In this document: one piece after another, positions 1 through 10,489 of the stretch | How the letters are laid out: each line of letters opens with the position of its first letter | Position numbering within the stretch: the stretch's first letter is position 1 | From: a virus | Virus record (IMG/VR): IMGVR_UViG_3300024255_000004 | Direction: 5' to 3' (one strand) | DNA length: 64,000 bases | Program-made: the position numbers and the translations under genes | The notes under the pieces: generated by a model | Told to the model about the DNA's origin: nothing | What the model saw: only the letters and a program-made list of their open reading frames with translations | Database searches by the model: none

Positions 1-1
1 A

Positions 2-373
2 GATATATGTTGGGCATTTAAAACTGCAATGTTGCCAGACACTTATGGTGCAGCTGAGTCAGACGGAGCTGCAGAATCTTATTTCAATTATCCTAACATT
101 TTTGATATTACTTATGAAGGACTCATTAAAAAGAGATTTGAGGATTTTTTACCTTGTGTATTGACAAGTGTAAGTGTTAATCATTCAACAAAAATGTTTG
201 AAGATGGATATCCTGTTGCAACTGAAGTGTCTTTATCATTTACAGAAATCAAACTCCTTACACAGGAAAACTATCAGACTATATCTAAGGCAAGTCCTGA
301 AAAATTTAGTAAAGAACAAAGAGACTTAGGTGGGGGTTCTGCTTCACTACTAGACCAACGAACAGGTGGATAA
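2..373 (+). CDS. Baseplate tail-tube cap gp48-like, 5'-truncated by the window edge
   Basis: Frame open from nt 2; YPNIFDI...PCVLTSVSVN...G.PV...LSFTEIKLLT is typical of gp48 C-terminal halves; lies directly before gp53. Confidence 0.7.
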   Translation, partial: DICWAFKTAMLPDTYGAAESDGAAESYFNYPNIFDITYEGLIKKRFEDFLPCVLTSVSVNHSTKMFEDGYPVATEVSLSFTEIKLLTQENYQTISKASPEKFSKEQRDLGGGSASLLDQRTGG

Positions 374-375
374 TA

Positions 376-1098
376 ATGGCTACTAAATTTTTCAAAAACT
401 TTCCCGACATACAATACACTTTAGATAGTGGACGGGTTATCAATATTAAAGACTTCTTTAGAAAGTCTAAAATAGACCAATCAGCAGTTAACAGTATAAT
501 AGAGTATGAATACTTTGAACTACAGGAGGGAGATAGACCTGATGTAGTTGCAACTAATCTTTATGGTGATTCAGATTTACATTGGACGTTCTTTCTAGTT
601 AATGATTGGAATAACTACTATGAGTGGTGGAAAGACAATAGAACCTTTGACCAATACATTAAGAAAAACTATGGTGGTAAGTATCTAACTGCACATCAGA
701 AATCAGATATCGTAAGTGCAACAGGTAAATTTCTTTTGGGAGAATCCGTATCTTGTTTAAGAGATAGTGTTATTCATAAAGGAACAATAACAAGTGTAGA
801 ACCCCAATGGTCAAGAATAGGAATAGAGAGTGGTGACTTCAGACAAGACGATATTGTCACGGGTAATATTAGTGGACACACTATGACCATTAAAAATTCT
901 ATTAATCAAACAGACGGAACTGCATACTATTATGATGTAAATGGAAACAAGTCAAATACCTTTGTCAATGGTATGTATGAAAAAACAATTTATGATAGTG
1001 AATGGGAAAAGAACGAAAAGAATAGAAGTATCAAAATTATTAAACCACAATATATCAGAAGGGTAGTATCAGAGTTCGGTAAAGTAATGTCATCATGA
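376..1098 (+). CDS. gp53: Baseplate wedge protein gp53
   Basis: FFKNFPDI.Y N-terminus; LysM-like GDRPDVVA..LYGDSDLHW motif; WEKNEKNRSIKIIKPQY C-terminus. Confidence 0.85.
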   Translation: MATKFFKNFPDIQYTLDSGRVINIKDFFRKSKIDQSAVNSIIEYEYFELQEGDRPDVVATNLYGDSDLHWTFFLVNDWNNYYEWWKDNRTFDQYIKKNYGGKYLTAHQKSDIVSATGKFLLGESVSCLRDSVIHKGTITSVEPQWSRIGIESGDFRQDDIVTGNISGHTMTIKNSINQTDGTAYYYDVNGNKSNTFVNGMYEKTIYDSEWEKNEKNRSIKIIKPQYIRRVVSEFGKVMSS

Positions 1099-2531
1099 GC
1101 AACTTAAAAGCAGGTGAGTTTTCAGTTGAGGCACTAGCGATTGTAAACCAAGAGGGTGATTCAATTGACGTGACTCAATTAACATTGAGAGTAGAACTCT
1201 TCGAGTCTATCTACAATAAATTCTGCACGGGTAATATATCTCTTTTAGACGGACTTAATCTTTTAACAAACTTCCGATTCACTGGTCAAGAATTCATTCG
1301 TATCTCAATCAAACAGAAAGAAGGTCTTAATCAAGAACCCGAAAAGAAGTTCACCATTGATAAGACTTTTAGAATATACAAAGCAAGTAATGTCAAAAGA
1401 GGAAGAGAGGGAACTCAAGTATACCAATTAAATTTTTGTGACCCAAGAATGTTCTATGTAAGAAGGAAAAGAATGAGTAAGGTTATGAGAGGTTCTTATG
1501 ACAGAATGTTGCAGAATGCATTGATAGAAGAAGCTAACCTTAAACCTTCAGAGTTCGATTGGTTTGAGGAAACAGAACCTAAGAATCTACAATTCATATG
1601 TCCTAATTGGACAGTTGGAAGTTTTATTGACTACATTGTTGCAGAATCTAATATAGGTGAAAATGCAGAATGGAAAAATGGTATGTTCTTCTTCCAAACA
1701 TTAAATGGTGGTTTTAGATTTAGTTCTATTGACACTATGTTTAGTAGAGAATTTCCAATAGAGTTTTCATACAAACCAAGAACTGGTGATTTAGAAACTG
1801 AAAGTATTGATTTAAATGCAGCTGGTGGTTTAAACTCTATGATTATATCATATTACAAACCACAACAGTTTGATACACTTAGAGGAACAGTTGGAGGTGC
1901 ATATGCATCTCTACAAAAAACATACGACCCAGTTAAGAAACAAGAATTAGATTTTGTGTATGACTTAGACGAAACAATGAAACGTGGTAAACACCTATCA
2001 GGATTTCCTTTAATTCGAACTGGTGATTATGAGAAATCACTTACAACAGAGAACATGATTGAGAGAACTAAGTCTCCTTCTGTGACAGAGGTTGATATTG
2101 ATTTACCACCAAATAAAGAATTTGAGAGTCTTGTCATTTATGATAACACTACAACACACCAATTCGATAATGAGACAACTGTTAGTTCACCTGAATCATT
2201 CTCAGGTTTAAAATATGTTGATAATGCAAAATTAGAAAGACGTGCATTACTTGAGATATTACAACAACATAAAATTATTGTCACCATACCAATGAGGACA
2301 GACTTAACTGTAGGGAACGTAATTAAACTTTTAATCCCTCAACCCGAATCAGGTGTTGGTAAAAATGATGAGGTGAATGACAACAGATATCTAATTACTG
2401 ATTTATCTCTTATGCTAGATATAGCAGGTAAAGAGGGTGAAATGAATTTAGAATGTGTTAAAGAAAGTTTTGCAAAAGAGATAACAGAAGCAAAACCATT
2501 ACAAGAAGTTGAACCTGCGAGAGAAATATAA
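1095..2531 (+). CDS. Putative baseplate hub protein (gp27/Mu gp44-like)
   Basis: Between gp53 and gp5; FESIY..F.TG.I...DG and FFFQT..GFRFSSID motifs; LTVG.VI...RYLIT C-terminus. Confidence 0.5.
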   Translation: MSNLKAGEFSVEALAIVNQEGDSIDVTQLTLRVELFESIYNKFCTGNISLLDGLNLLTNFRFTGQEFIRISIKQKEGLNQEPEKKFTIDKTFRIYKASNVKRGREGTQVYQLNFCDPRMFYVRRKRMSKVMRGSYDRMLQNALIEEANLKPSEFDWFEETEPKNLQFICPNWTVGSFIDYIVAESNIGENAEWKNGMFFFQTLNGGFRFSSIDTMFSREFPIEFSYKPRTGDLETESIDLNAAGGLNSMIISYYKPQQFDTLRGTVGGAYASLQKTYDPVKKQELDFVYDLDETMKRGKHLSGFPLIRTGDYEKSLTTENMIERTKSPSVTEVDIDLPPNKEFESLVIYDNTTTHQFDNETTVSSPESFSGLKYVDNAKLERRALLEILQQHKIIVTIPMRTDLTVGNVIKLLIPQPESGVGKNDEVNDNRYLITDLSLMLDIAGKEGEMNLECVKESFAKEITEAKPLQEVEPAREI

Positions 2532-3784
2532 TGAAACATTTTTTTGGAATAGTAGAAGACCGACATGACCCTTTGAAGATTGGACGTGTTCGTGTTCGTA
2601 TACATGGGATTCATACCGACAACAAATTAAAGATTGCAACACCCGACTTACCATGGGCTCAAGTTATATTACCAACAACCTCTGCTGGTCTTTCAGGAAT
2701 TGGAAGTCAACATGGTCTAGTAGAAGGTTCAACAGTCTTTGGATATTTTAGAGACGGGGATATATGTCAAGACCCAGTTGTCTTAGGTGTATCTACAGGA
2801 GTTCCACAAACTGGATATAGAGTTGATGCATTAGGTAATCAACAAACTAGAAGTGTAGATAAAGGATTCAACGACCCACGTAGACTAACAGTTGCAGATT
2901 ATGAGGGAACACCTGATGCACCAAACCCCGAACAAGATTCAAGACGACCACATGGTCTAACAAGTGCAATTGATACACAACCTAAGTCACCAGTTTTCTT
3001 AACAATTAATTATGACGGAACAGGTTCTACGATTGAAGAAGATGAAATCACTGAGGATTTACTACCTTACTATCCATTATACACTGGAGAGTCAGATGTG
3101 TCAAGTCTTGCACGTGGTGATTCTGTATTAGATAAGAAGATTGAGATAGAAGGACACACTTTCCCCGACTCAGTTGCAGAACCAGTATATCCATATAACA
3201 AAGTGTATCAATCAGAGTCAGGTCATGTTATTGAAGTGGACGATACACTTGGTAAAGAAAGACTTTCAACTTATCATAGGTCAGGAACGTTTCAGGAAGT
3301 TCACCCTGATGGAAGTGTAGTGCAACGAATCGTAAATGATAATTATCAGATAGTTGCAAAGGACGACAAGATTTATATAGCTGGTAATGCAGACTTAACA
3401 GTAGAGAAAGGAAACGTGACAATCAATGTTAACACTGGTAATGTAGATATGAAAGTGTTAAAGGGTAATGTCACTTCAGAGATTACAGAAGGAAATCTAA
3501 AAGCAGATATCCTCAAAGGAACAACAGACGTATTATCAGAAGGTAAGATTACAATCACTGGTAATAACACAACAGAAATTATATCAGACACAACAGTCAC
3601 GGGAACACTTACAGTATCGGGTGCAACTACTTTACAATCAACATTAGATGTCACTGGTAAACAGACAAATTCAAGTAGTATTACTGCAAGTGGAGAAGTC
3701 AAAGGTAAGGGTGTTAAACTTTCAACTCATAAACATACAATTGCTTCAGGTTCTTCTGCTGGAAAGACAAAGAAACCTGATTAG
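2531..3784 (+). CDS. gp5: Baseplate central spike gp5-like (OB-fold + beta-helix, no lysozyme domain, HxH tip)
   Basis: GIVEDRHDPLKIGRVRVRIHGIH...DLPWA; YPYNKV..SESGHVIEVDDT.GKERL; V/I-x-G-N beta-helix repeats; ends STHKH. Confidence 0.85.
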   Translation: MKHFFGIVEDRHDPLKIGRVRVRIHGIHTDNKLKIATPDLPWAQVILPTTSAGLSGIGSQHGLVEGSTVFGYFRDGDICQDPVVLGVSTGVPQTGYRVDALGNQQTRSVDKGFNDPRRLTVADYEGTPDAPNPEQDSRRPHGLTSAIDTQPKSPVFLTINYDGTGSTIEEDEITEDLLPYYPLYTGESDVSSLARGDSVLDKKIEIEGHTFPDSVAEPVYPYNKVYQSESGHVIEVDDTLGKERLSTYHRSGTFQEVHPDGSVVQRIVNDNYQIVAKDDKIYIAGNADLTVEKGNVTINVNTGNVDMKVLKGNVTSEITEGNLKADILKGTTDVLSEGKITITGNNTTEIISDTTVTGTLTVSGATTLQSTLDVTGKQTNSSSITASGEVKGKGVKLSTHKHTIASGSSAGKTKKPD

Positions 3785-3788
3785 TTTG

Positions 3789-3796
3789 TATAAATA
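3789..3796 (+). promoter_or_regulatory. T4-type late promoter (gp25)
   Basis: TATAAATA in the intergenic gap. Confidence 0.75.
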
Positions 3797-3801
3797 GATA
3801 T

Positions 3802-4218
3802 ATGGTAGATTTAGTAAATAACGGAAAAACAGTTGCAACGAAGGATATCTATTCCGATTTAGATATCTTCTTTCGTAAACACCCTATTACAGGTGACGTT
3901 GTAAGAAAAACCGATACAGATGCAATCAAAAGGTCAGTTAGGAATATTGTATTAACTAATAAATTTGAAAGACCTTTCAAACCAAACTTTGGTGGTTCAA
4001 TCAGAAACTTATTATTTGAGTTGAATACTGATAGACAACTGAATAGAATGAAAATAACACTTGCAAAAGAGATAGAGACTTTAGAACCTCGTGTCAGTAA
4101 TGTCCAAGTTGCATTATCAAATCAAGATAATAATAAATTAGACATGACTATCTTTTACAACATAATTAATGGTTCTCCTAATCAAGAGATAGAAATAAAC
4201 GTTTCAAGGACACGATAA
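3802..4218 (+). CDS. gp25: Baseplate wedge subunit gp25
   Basis: YSDLD..F..HP.TGD...DAIKRSVRNIVLT..ERPF.P.FG...LLFE...EPRV. Confidence 0.9.
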   Translation: MVDLVNNGKTVATKDIYSDLDIFFRKHPITGDVVRKTDTDAIKRSVRNIVLTNKFERPFKPNFGGSIRNLLFELNTDRQLNRMKITLAKEIETLEPRVSNVQVALSNQDNNKLDMTIFYNIINGSPNQEIEINVSRTR

Positions 4219-6089
4219 TGGCAGTAAACAGTTCACAATTAAACATTACAGATTTAGATTTTGAGAATATTGCAGATAATCTTAAGAATTATCTCAAAGG
4301 ACAAGAACAATTTAAAGATTACAACTTTGAAGGTTCAAGTATGTCAGTTCTTATTGACCTACTTGCATATTCATCACACATTGGTGCAATCAACACCAAC
4401 ATTGCAGCCTCGGAACTCTTTTTAGATTCTGCTCAAATCAGAAAGAACGTTGTATCACGTGCAAAGGATTTAGGATTCGTTCCTTCTTCTGAGTCATGTT
4501 CAACTGCAATAGTAAACCTTGAAATGAAACAAGTGAGAAATGCAGACGGAACTTCCCCGACAACTACTGAGATGCAATTACTCAGAGGAACAACCTTTGT
4601 GACAGTGTATGACGGAAGTTCATATAACTTTGTAGTCACAACAACAAAAAGACCAACACAAAACGGAACGTCATATAATTACAATGACGTAAGTATTGTT
4701 CAAGGAACTTATGCAACTGATTCATTTATTTTTGATAATCAACTTGCAAACCCTAAATTCGTTTTATCAAATGAAAGAGTAGACAAAGGTAAGATGATTG
4801 TTTCAGTCACCAGTGGTGGTGCAACAGAAACATACACACTTTCTACAGGTATTTCAAACATTACTACAACCTCTACTGTATATTATGCACAAGAGAATGA
4901 AGAAGGTTATATTGAAATATACTTTGGTGACGGAACATTAGGTAAGTCATTATTGGACGGAGACGTTATAGATGTGACTTATATTATAGTTGACCAAGAC
5001 CATGCAAATGGTGCTAGTCAATTTGCACTTAACGGAGTTGTAAACGGATTCACAAACCATGCAGTGACTAACGTTTCACCAGCAAGTGGTGGTGCAGAAA
5101 AAGAAAGTATAGAATCAATTAAGTTCAAAGCAACAAAATTCTATACATCACAAAACAGATTAGTCACATTAAACGACTATAAAGCAAAGGTGCAAGAGTA
5201 TTATCCAAATGCAGACGCCGTTGCAGTATGGGGTGGAGAAGATAATGACCCACCCGAATATGGTAAAGTGTTCGTTGCACTTAAACCACAAAATTCAGAT
5301 TATCTATCAGATACAGAAAAGTCATTGGTCACAAAAAAGTTAAACGATTTAAATATGTTAACTGTTAGACCTAAGATAATTGATGCAGAGATTGTTAAGA
5401 TTCTAATTACATGTGTATTCAAATACAATGAAAATTCAACAGACCTATCAATAGGTGAGTTAGAAGCAATCGTAAACACTGCAATTCAAAAGTTTGATAC
5501 AGATAATCTACAAAACTTTGATTCTATTTTTAGACATTCTAATCTACTTAAATCAGTAGACGAGTCTAACACTGCAGTTTTATCTAATACATGTAATATT
5601 AGATTAAGAAAAAGTAATATAATTAAAGTGGGAGAAACAAAAGGATACAATGTTCTTTTTGGTAATCAACTTTATAATCCACATACTGGTCACAACATGG
5701 ACTCGGGTGGAATTACAACAACAACAGGTTTTTATGTCCAAGGTGACTCAGTCAATATCAATTATTTTGATGATGACGGAAAAGGTAATTTAAGAAGATA
5801 TTACCTATCAGGGTCAACTAGACTTTATCAGGATAGTGCAGCTGGAATAGTTGACTATTCTACAGGAAAGATTACAATCAATGCCATTAATATTACCTTA
5901 ACAGTTAATACTAATTCATCGATTGACTTCACAGTTATCCCTTCGGGAAATGATGTCGTTGCAACTAGAGGTAATCTAGTAGACATTTCTTCTGAAGATA
6001 TTAAGGTGACAGGTGAAGTAGACACCATTAGTAGTGGTGAAAGCAGTGCTGGTGTAGGGTATACTTCTACCTCAACCAGTTCATATTAA
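4218..6089 (+). CDS. gp6: Baseplate wedge subunit gp6
   Basis: LDFENI..NLKNYL..Q..FKDYNFEGS..SVLIDLLAY; QNRLVT.NDY; WGGEDNDPPEYGKVF. Confidence 0.92.
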   Translation: MAVNSSQLNITDLDFENIADNLKNYLKGQEQFKDYNFEGSSMSVLIDLLAYSSHIGAINTNIAASELFLDSAQIRKNVVSRAKDLGFVPSSESCSTAIVNLEMKQVRNADGTSPTTTEMQLLRGTTFVTVYDGSSYNFVVTTTKRPTQNGTSYNYNDVSIVQGTYATDSFIFDNQLANPKFVLSNERVDKGKMIVSVTSGGATETYTLSTGISNITTTSTVYYAQENEEGYIEIYFGDGTLGKSLLDGDVIDVTYIIVDQDHANGASQFALNGVVNGFTNHAVTNVSPASGGAEKESIESIKFKATKFYTSQNRLVTLNDYKAKVQEYYPNADAVAVWGGEDNDPPEYGKVFVALKPQNSDYLSDTEKSLVTKKLNDLNMLTVRPKIIDAEIVKILITCVFKYNENSTDLSIGELEAIVNTAIQKFDTDNLQNFDSIFRHSNLLKSVDESNTAVLSNTCNIRLRKSNIIKVGETKGYNVLFGNQLYNPHTGHNMDSGGITTTTGFYVQGDSVNINYFDDDGKGNLRRYYLSGSTRLYQDSAAGIVDYSTGKITINAINITLTVNTNSSIDFTVIPSGNDVVATRGNLVDISSEDIKVTGEVDTISSGESSAGVGYTSTSTSSY

Positions 6090-6163
6090 TAACACATGAA
6101 ACAAGTGGTCGGGAGTCCCCCGAGTAGTTTCCCATTTAATTGGATTATAGGAGGAAAATTAAA

Positions 6164-6628
6164 ATGGCAGATAAGAAGATAAGTGCATTAACACAAGTAT
6201 CAGATACAGATATAGGTGCTGATGATTTACTACACATAGTAGATAACCCAGGCGGAACACCCGTCAACAAAAAAATGACCATAGGTCAGTTATTCGAAAA
6301 TATCCCAACTCATTTAGCAGTTGACGATATAACAACTTTAACTGCAACTGCGTCTAACCTTGCATCATCTTTTGCAAGTGAAATCACACTGACTGGTTCT
6401 TCAGCAGTTGAGTTTACTTTAGATGACGGAACAGACGTTGGTCAAATTAAAGTGATATACAAGACAGATAGTTCTTCTGCAAATGCAGAAGTCACTGTTT
6501 CATCTTGGGGTTATTCAACTGATACAACAGACCAAATCATTCTTAATGGACAAGGTGATGCAGTCATTTGTATTTGGAATGGTTCAAATTGGTTCCCAAT
6601 TTCAAACCTAGGTGCAACTCTAAGCTAA
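6164..6628 (+). CDS. Putative virion structural protein
   Basis: AGGAGG RBS before ATG 6164 (not the TTG at 6140); MADKKISALT...DDLL.IVD motif common in phage fibre proteins. Confidence 0.6.
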   Translation: MADKKISALTQVSDTDIGADDLLHIVDNPGGTPVNKKMTIGQLFENIPTHLAVDDITTLTATASNLASSFASEITLTGSSAVEFTLDDGTDVGQIKVIYKTDSSSANAEVTVSSWGYSTDTTDQIILNGQGDAVICIWNGSNWFPISNLGATLS

Positions 6629-6632
6629 GACT

Positions 6633-9600
6633 ATGTCAAACTCTGATTTTAAAATAGAAAAACTAAGTGATAGACTAGTAGGTCTTTTGCCTGATTACAT
6701 TCAGCAAGAAGCTCCAGTTTTTGAACTATTCTTAAAATCATACTTCGAGTATCTAGAAAGTGAGATTATAACACTTTCTTCAGAGAGTGAATTAGACGGA
6801 ATCTTGATGGAGGACAGTTTGGGGTCTATTTTAGCAGAACCCCAAACTGTTCAACCATCTCCTGATGCAGAGTCATCAAAATTAATTTATGAATCAAGTG
6901 GTGCAAACCCAACTGCAACTGCAGACCCTTGGAAGGTCGGTGAGTATGTTGTGGGTTCACAATCAAAATCAGTTGCAAAAATAACTTCCTTGAATGGATT
7001 ACAGGTATATGTCAATACCATACACGGAAGAGGTTTCTCAACAGGGGAAACAATTACAGGTAGAGAATCAAAACAGACTGGTGTAGTTGGTGGTTATAAA
7101 GAAAATACTATCATTGCAAACAACAAGATTTTAGACTACTCAGATATAGACAGAACGTCTGAAGATTTTTTACAACACTTCCAAACAGATTTCTTACCTT
7201 CGTTAGACCTTAAACAAACACAAAACAAAAGGTTAACAATAAAAGGTATATCAGATTTATACAAAGAAAAGGGAACTGCAGAATCATTAAAATTCTTAAT
7301 GAGGATTCTCTACAACGAAGATGCAGAAATTAGATATCCCGATAACGAAACAATTTACACATCAGAATCAGATTACTCTCAAAAAAGAAGAGTGAATATT
7401 GAAATGAGTGACTTGAGAGTTGCACCAAGTTCAACAGACAAGATAACTCAATATACTGCTACAAATAGAATACAAGCAGAGTCAATTGTAGAAAATGTAT
7501 TCCCAATCAATGCAGAAACAGGGGAATACTCTTTAGAGATTACTGATAACCATCAAGGAACTTTCTTAAGAGACCAACAGGTCACATTAGTAGACAGAGA
7601 TGGTGTCACAACAACAACAGGGGTATTAAAAGGTATCGTTTCAGATATTGGTAATGATTCCTCTTCTACTTATATTCAACATGACGATGACGGAGACATA
7701 TTATTTGAGTCAGGTCTACCAGCAGAATTTTCTAGTGCATCACTAATCGCAACTGGTGGAGTGTATGACGGAAGTCAATCAAATATAGAACCTAGTCATG
7801 GTGGTGGTATATTATTAGAACAATCAAATGTGGGTTCTCTATATTCTTTAAATGATTCAATAGAATTTTCAGGTGGAAAACTCAATCCTAATGCAACCAT
7901 TTCTAAAACAGTTATCAATGGTCTTTTAGAAGGACAAGTTGATGAGATATTTATTGAAGATGGTGGAACAGGATATAAAGGTGGAGACCTAGTAGTATTT
8001 GAATCCAATAACAGAGGAAGTGGTGCAGAAGCTATGATTGGTTCCGTTGGGGACGAAATCATATTAGAAGGTGCAACTGTTTGGGGTCAATATGAAATTA
8101 CTGCAACAGCTGGACAAACACTATTCACAGGAAAGGATAATAATGGTAATTCAATTATTTTCAATGACGAATCTGTTGAAGTTTACATAGACGGAATTAT
8201 CAAAACACATGTCACTGATTACGAACACAAGAACGATAGAGTTATATTTGTAGTTCCATTAAGTGGTGGTGAGTTGGTTGAAATCTACACGAAGAAAATG
8301 AGATTACTTAGTGAAGACGAACAACCAATCCAATTAGAAACTACTAACTCTATGGTAAGAAGTGTCTTTGTTAAGTCAGGTGGTATTGGTTATACAGAAG
8401 TTCCTAAAGTATTTGCTGGTGGTTATCTTTACTTCAAAGAAACGACAGGTTTCATAGAAGGTGAAGTTGTCACTGGAACAAATTCAAGTGCAACGGGAAC
8501 TGTTTTAAAAGTTGAAGAAGAAAACAAAAGACTGGTTATAAAAAGATTACCAAGTGATACGGGTGCATTCCAAAGTGGTGAAGAAATCACTGGTGGAACT
8601 TCTTTAACAGTAAAACTGAACACACAATCAACAGTGTCTAGTGGTGAAGGTGCAAAAATATTTGCATATTCTGATACCATTGGAGGTGTTGGTTCACTTA
8701 ATATTACAGAACAAGGACATAAGTTTACAGAAGATGCTGTTTTAAATTCAACTTCAGACTTCCCTATGTTGATTACTACACCTAGTGCAAATCTAAACAA
8801 AGATGTAGCATTGGTGGGAAGAATATCAGGAACAACTGCAAAGGTTGTATCGTATGATGCAGACCGACACATTTTAACATATACAGATTTAGACGGATTA
8901 TTCTTATCTAATGAAACAGTAGACTTCAATTCAGTTGATACATTTAAGATTTTAAAATCAAATCCTTATCAAGCTAGAGGTTTGGTTTCAGGTGAAGGTG
9001 TAATACAAGAACAATTACTTGGAGATAAATCTACACTTGATGCAAGTGCATCTAATATACAAGATAGTTTATACTACCAAACACATTCATATGTTATTAA
9101 GGTTGGAGAAAGTATAAACAAATATAGGTCAGTTGTCAAGGATTTATTACACCCTGCTGGACACGTATTCTTTGGTGAAGTTGCAATCAAACAAACAGTT
9201 GATACAACTGTAGAAGAACAAATTAAATTTAGACCTACAATTGTAATGAATGGAGACCCCGTCTTAACCAATCCAACTGCCTTTGCAAATTCAATGAGAC
9301 AGATACTTCTTTGGACTACTGATGCAGAAATGAATGACCCATTGGTCGTTTTACAAACCGAATCAATACCTTCACCCGATACAGACCCAAGAACTGGTGG
9401 TGCAATAACAGCACCGAACACTGAATATGGTGATTCGGAAATGAGAAGTAGACATTTAAATATTTTCAGAATCAAATCGGTTGCACTTGCAAGTTCATAT
9501 CAAACAAGAAGAACAGAACAACGAAACGATATACAAACAAAAAATGTGTCAGTTGTCAATAATGGTTCTCAAAACGTATACCAAATAGACGGGGTGAACA

Positions 9601-10448
9601 ATGCACCTTTAACTTTAAAGAATGGTCACATATATCACTTCACACACTCTACTGGACACCCATTCAAGTTTTCAACAACTGCAGACGGAACACATAACAG
9701 TGGTTCAGAGTATACAACAGGTGTCAGAGTTATTGGTAATAACATAGTTGAGATAAGAATTACTACAACTACACCAACAAATTTATATTACTATTGTCAG
9801 TTCCATAGTGGAATGGGTGGAAGTATTACTAAAGACAGTTCAGATGCAATGCAAACAGTTCTTGCATTAGATTCTGCAGACCACGATTACGTAGTAAGAA
9901 GTAATGAAAGAAGACCTTCTGATAAAGGTAAAGTAATATCAGTTGGAAGTTCACAAGAAGAACTATTGATATTAGAAGATGGTGGTAGGATTGAGAACGA
10001 AGAAATCGTTTACACTTTTGCACTTGAACCAACAGATGCAGAGATGCAATCAGGTGATATCGTAGGTGATTCATTCTTACTAGAAGATAATAGTAAGGTG
10101 ATTATGGAAGACGAGACTTTTGATGACACTTATATAGAGAGATTCTTTACAGAAAGAGCTCATACCTTAGTATCATCTGCACCATTAGGTAGTTCTTTAA
10201 GAAGTCTAAATACCATAACAGGACAACAAGTTTATAACATATCTTACTATCTAAAAGAAGAAACAGATGGTGATGATTTTACATTAGAAGATGGAACAGG
10301 TAATATAATGAGTGAAGAATCTAAACCCGAGGGTATTAGTATTTCAGACCTTGACACCTATTTCCCTAAACACACAGTTAACTATTATTCAGACGTTCCA
10401 AATTTAAGGACTAATATTGCATTTAGTTCTTACATTAAGTCTGCATAG
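6633..10448 (+). CDS. gp7: Baseplate wedge initiator gp7-like
   Basis: LPDYI......F..FLKSYFEYLE; LYKEKGT.ES.KFL.RILY; IQDS.YYQ..SYVIK...Y...VK.LLHPAG..FFGE; between gp6 and gp8. Confidence 0.75.
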   Translation: MSNSDFKIEKLSDRLVGLLPDYIQQEAPVFELFLKSYFEYLESEIITLSSESELDGILMEDSLGSILAEPQTVQPSPDAESSKLIYESSGANPTATADPWKVGEYVVGSQSKSVAKITSLNGLQVYVNTIHGRGFSTGETITGRESKQTGVVGGYKENTIIANNKILDYSDIDRTSEDFLQHFQTDFLPSLDLKQTQNKRLTIKGISDLYKEKGTAESLKFLMRILYNEDAEIRYPDNETIYTSESDYSQKRRVNIEMSDLRVAPSSTDKITQYTATNRIQAESIVENVFPINAETGEYSLEITDNHQGTFLRDQQVTLVDRDGVTTTTGVLKGIVSDIGNDSSSTYIQHDDDGDILFESGLPAEFSSASLIATGGVYDGSQSNIEPSHGGGILLEQSNVGSLYSLNDSIEFSGGKLNPNATISKTVINGLLEGQVDEIFIEDGGTGYKGGDLVVFESNNRGSGAEAMIGSVGDEIILEGATVWGQYEITATAGQTLFTGKDNNGNSIIFNDESVEVYIDGIIKTHVTDYEHKNDRVIFVVPLSGGELVEIYTKKMRLLSEDEQPIQLETTNSMVRSVFVKSGGIGYTEVPKVFAGGYLYFKETTGFIEGEVVTGTNSSATGTVLKVEEENKRLVIKRLPSDTGAFQSGEEITGGTSLTVKLNTQSTVSSGEGAKIFAYSDTIGGVGSLNITEQGHKFTEDAVLNSTSDFPMLITTPSANLNKDVALVGRISGTTAKVVSYDADRHILTYTDLDGLFLSNETVDFNSVDTFKILKSNPYQARGLVSGEGVIQEQLLGDKSTLDASASNIQDSLYYQTHSYVIKVGESINKYRSVVKDLLHPAGHVFFGEVAIKQTVDTTVEEQIKFRPTIVMNGDPVLTNPTAFANSMRQILLWTTDAEMNDPLVVLQTESIPSPDTDPRTGGAITAPNTEYGDSEMRSRHLNIFRIKSVALASSYQTRRTEQRNDIQTKNVSVVNNGSQNVYQIDGVNNAPLTLKNGHIYHFTHSTGHPFKFSTTADGTHNSGSEYTTGVRVIGNNIVEIRITTTTPTNLYYYCQFHSGMGGSITKDSSDAMQTVLALDSADHDYVVRSNERRPSDKGKVISVGSSQEELLILEDGGRIENEEIVYTFALEPTDAEMQSGDIVGDSFLLEDNSKVIMEDETFDDTYIERFFTERAHTLVSSAPLGSSLRSLNTITGQQVYNISYYLKEETDGDDFTLEDGTGNIMSEESKPEGISISDLDTYFPKHTVNYYSDVPNLRTNIAFSSYIKSA

Positions 10449-10451
10449 TGT

Positions 10452-10459
10452 TATAAATA
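10452..10459 (+). promoter_or_regulatory. T4-type late promoter (gp8)
   Basis: TATAAATA upstream of a GGAG RBS. Confidence 0.75.
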
Positions 10460-10489
10460 GTATTAATATAGTCTGAGGAGATTAAAAAA

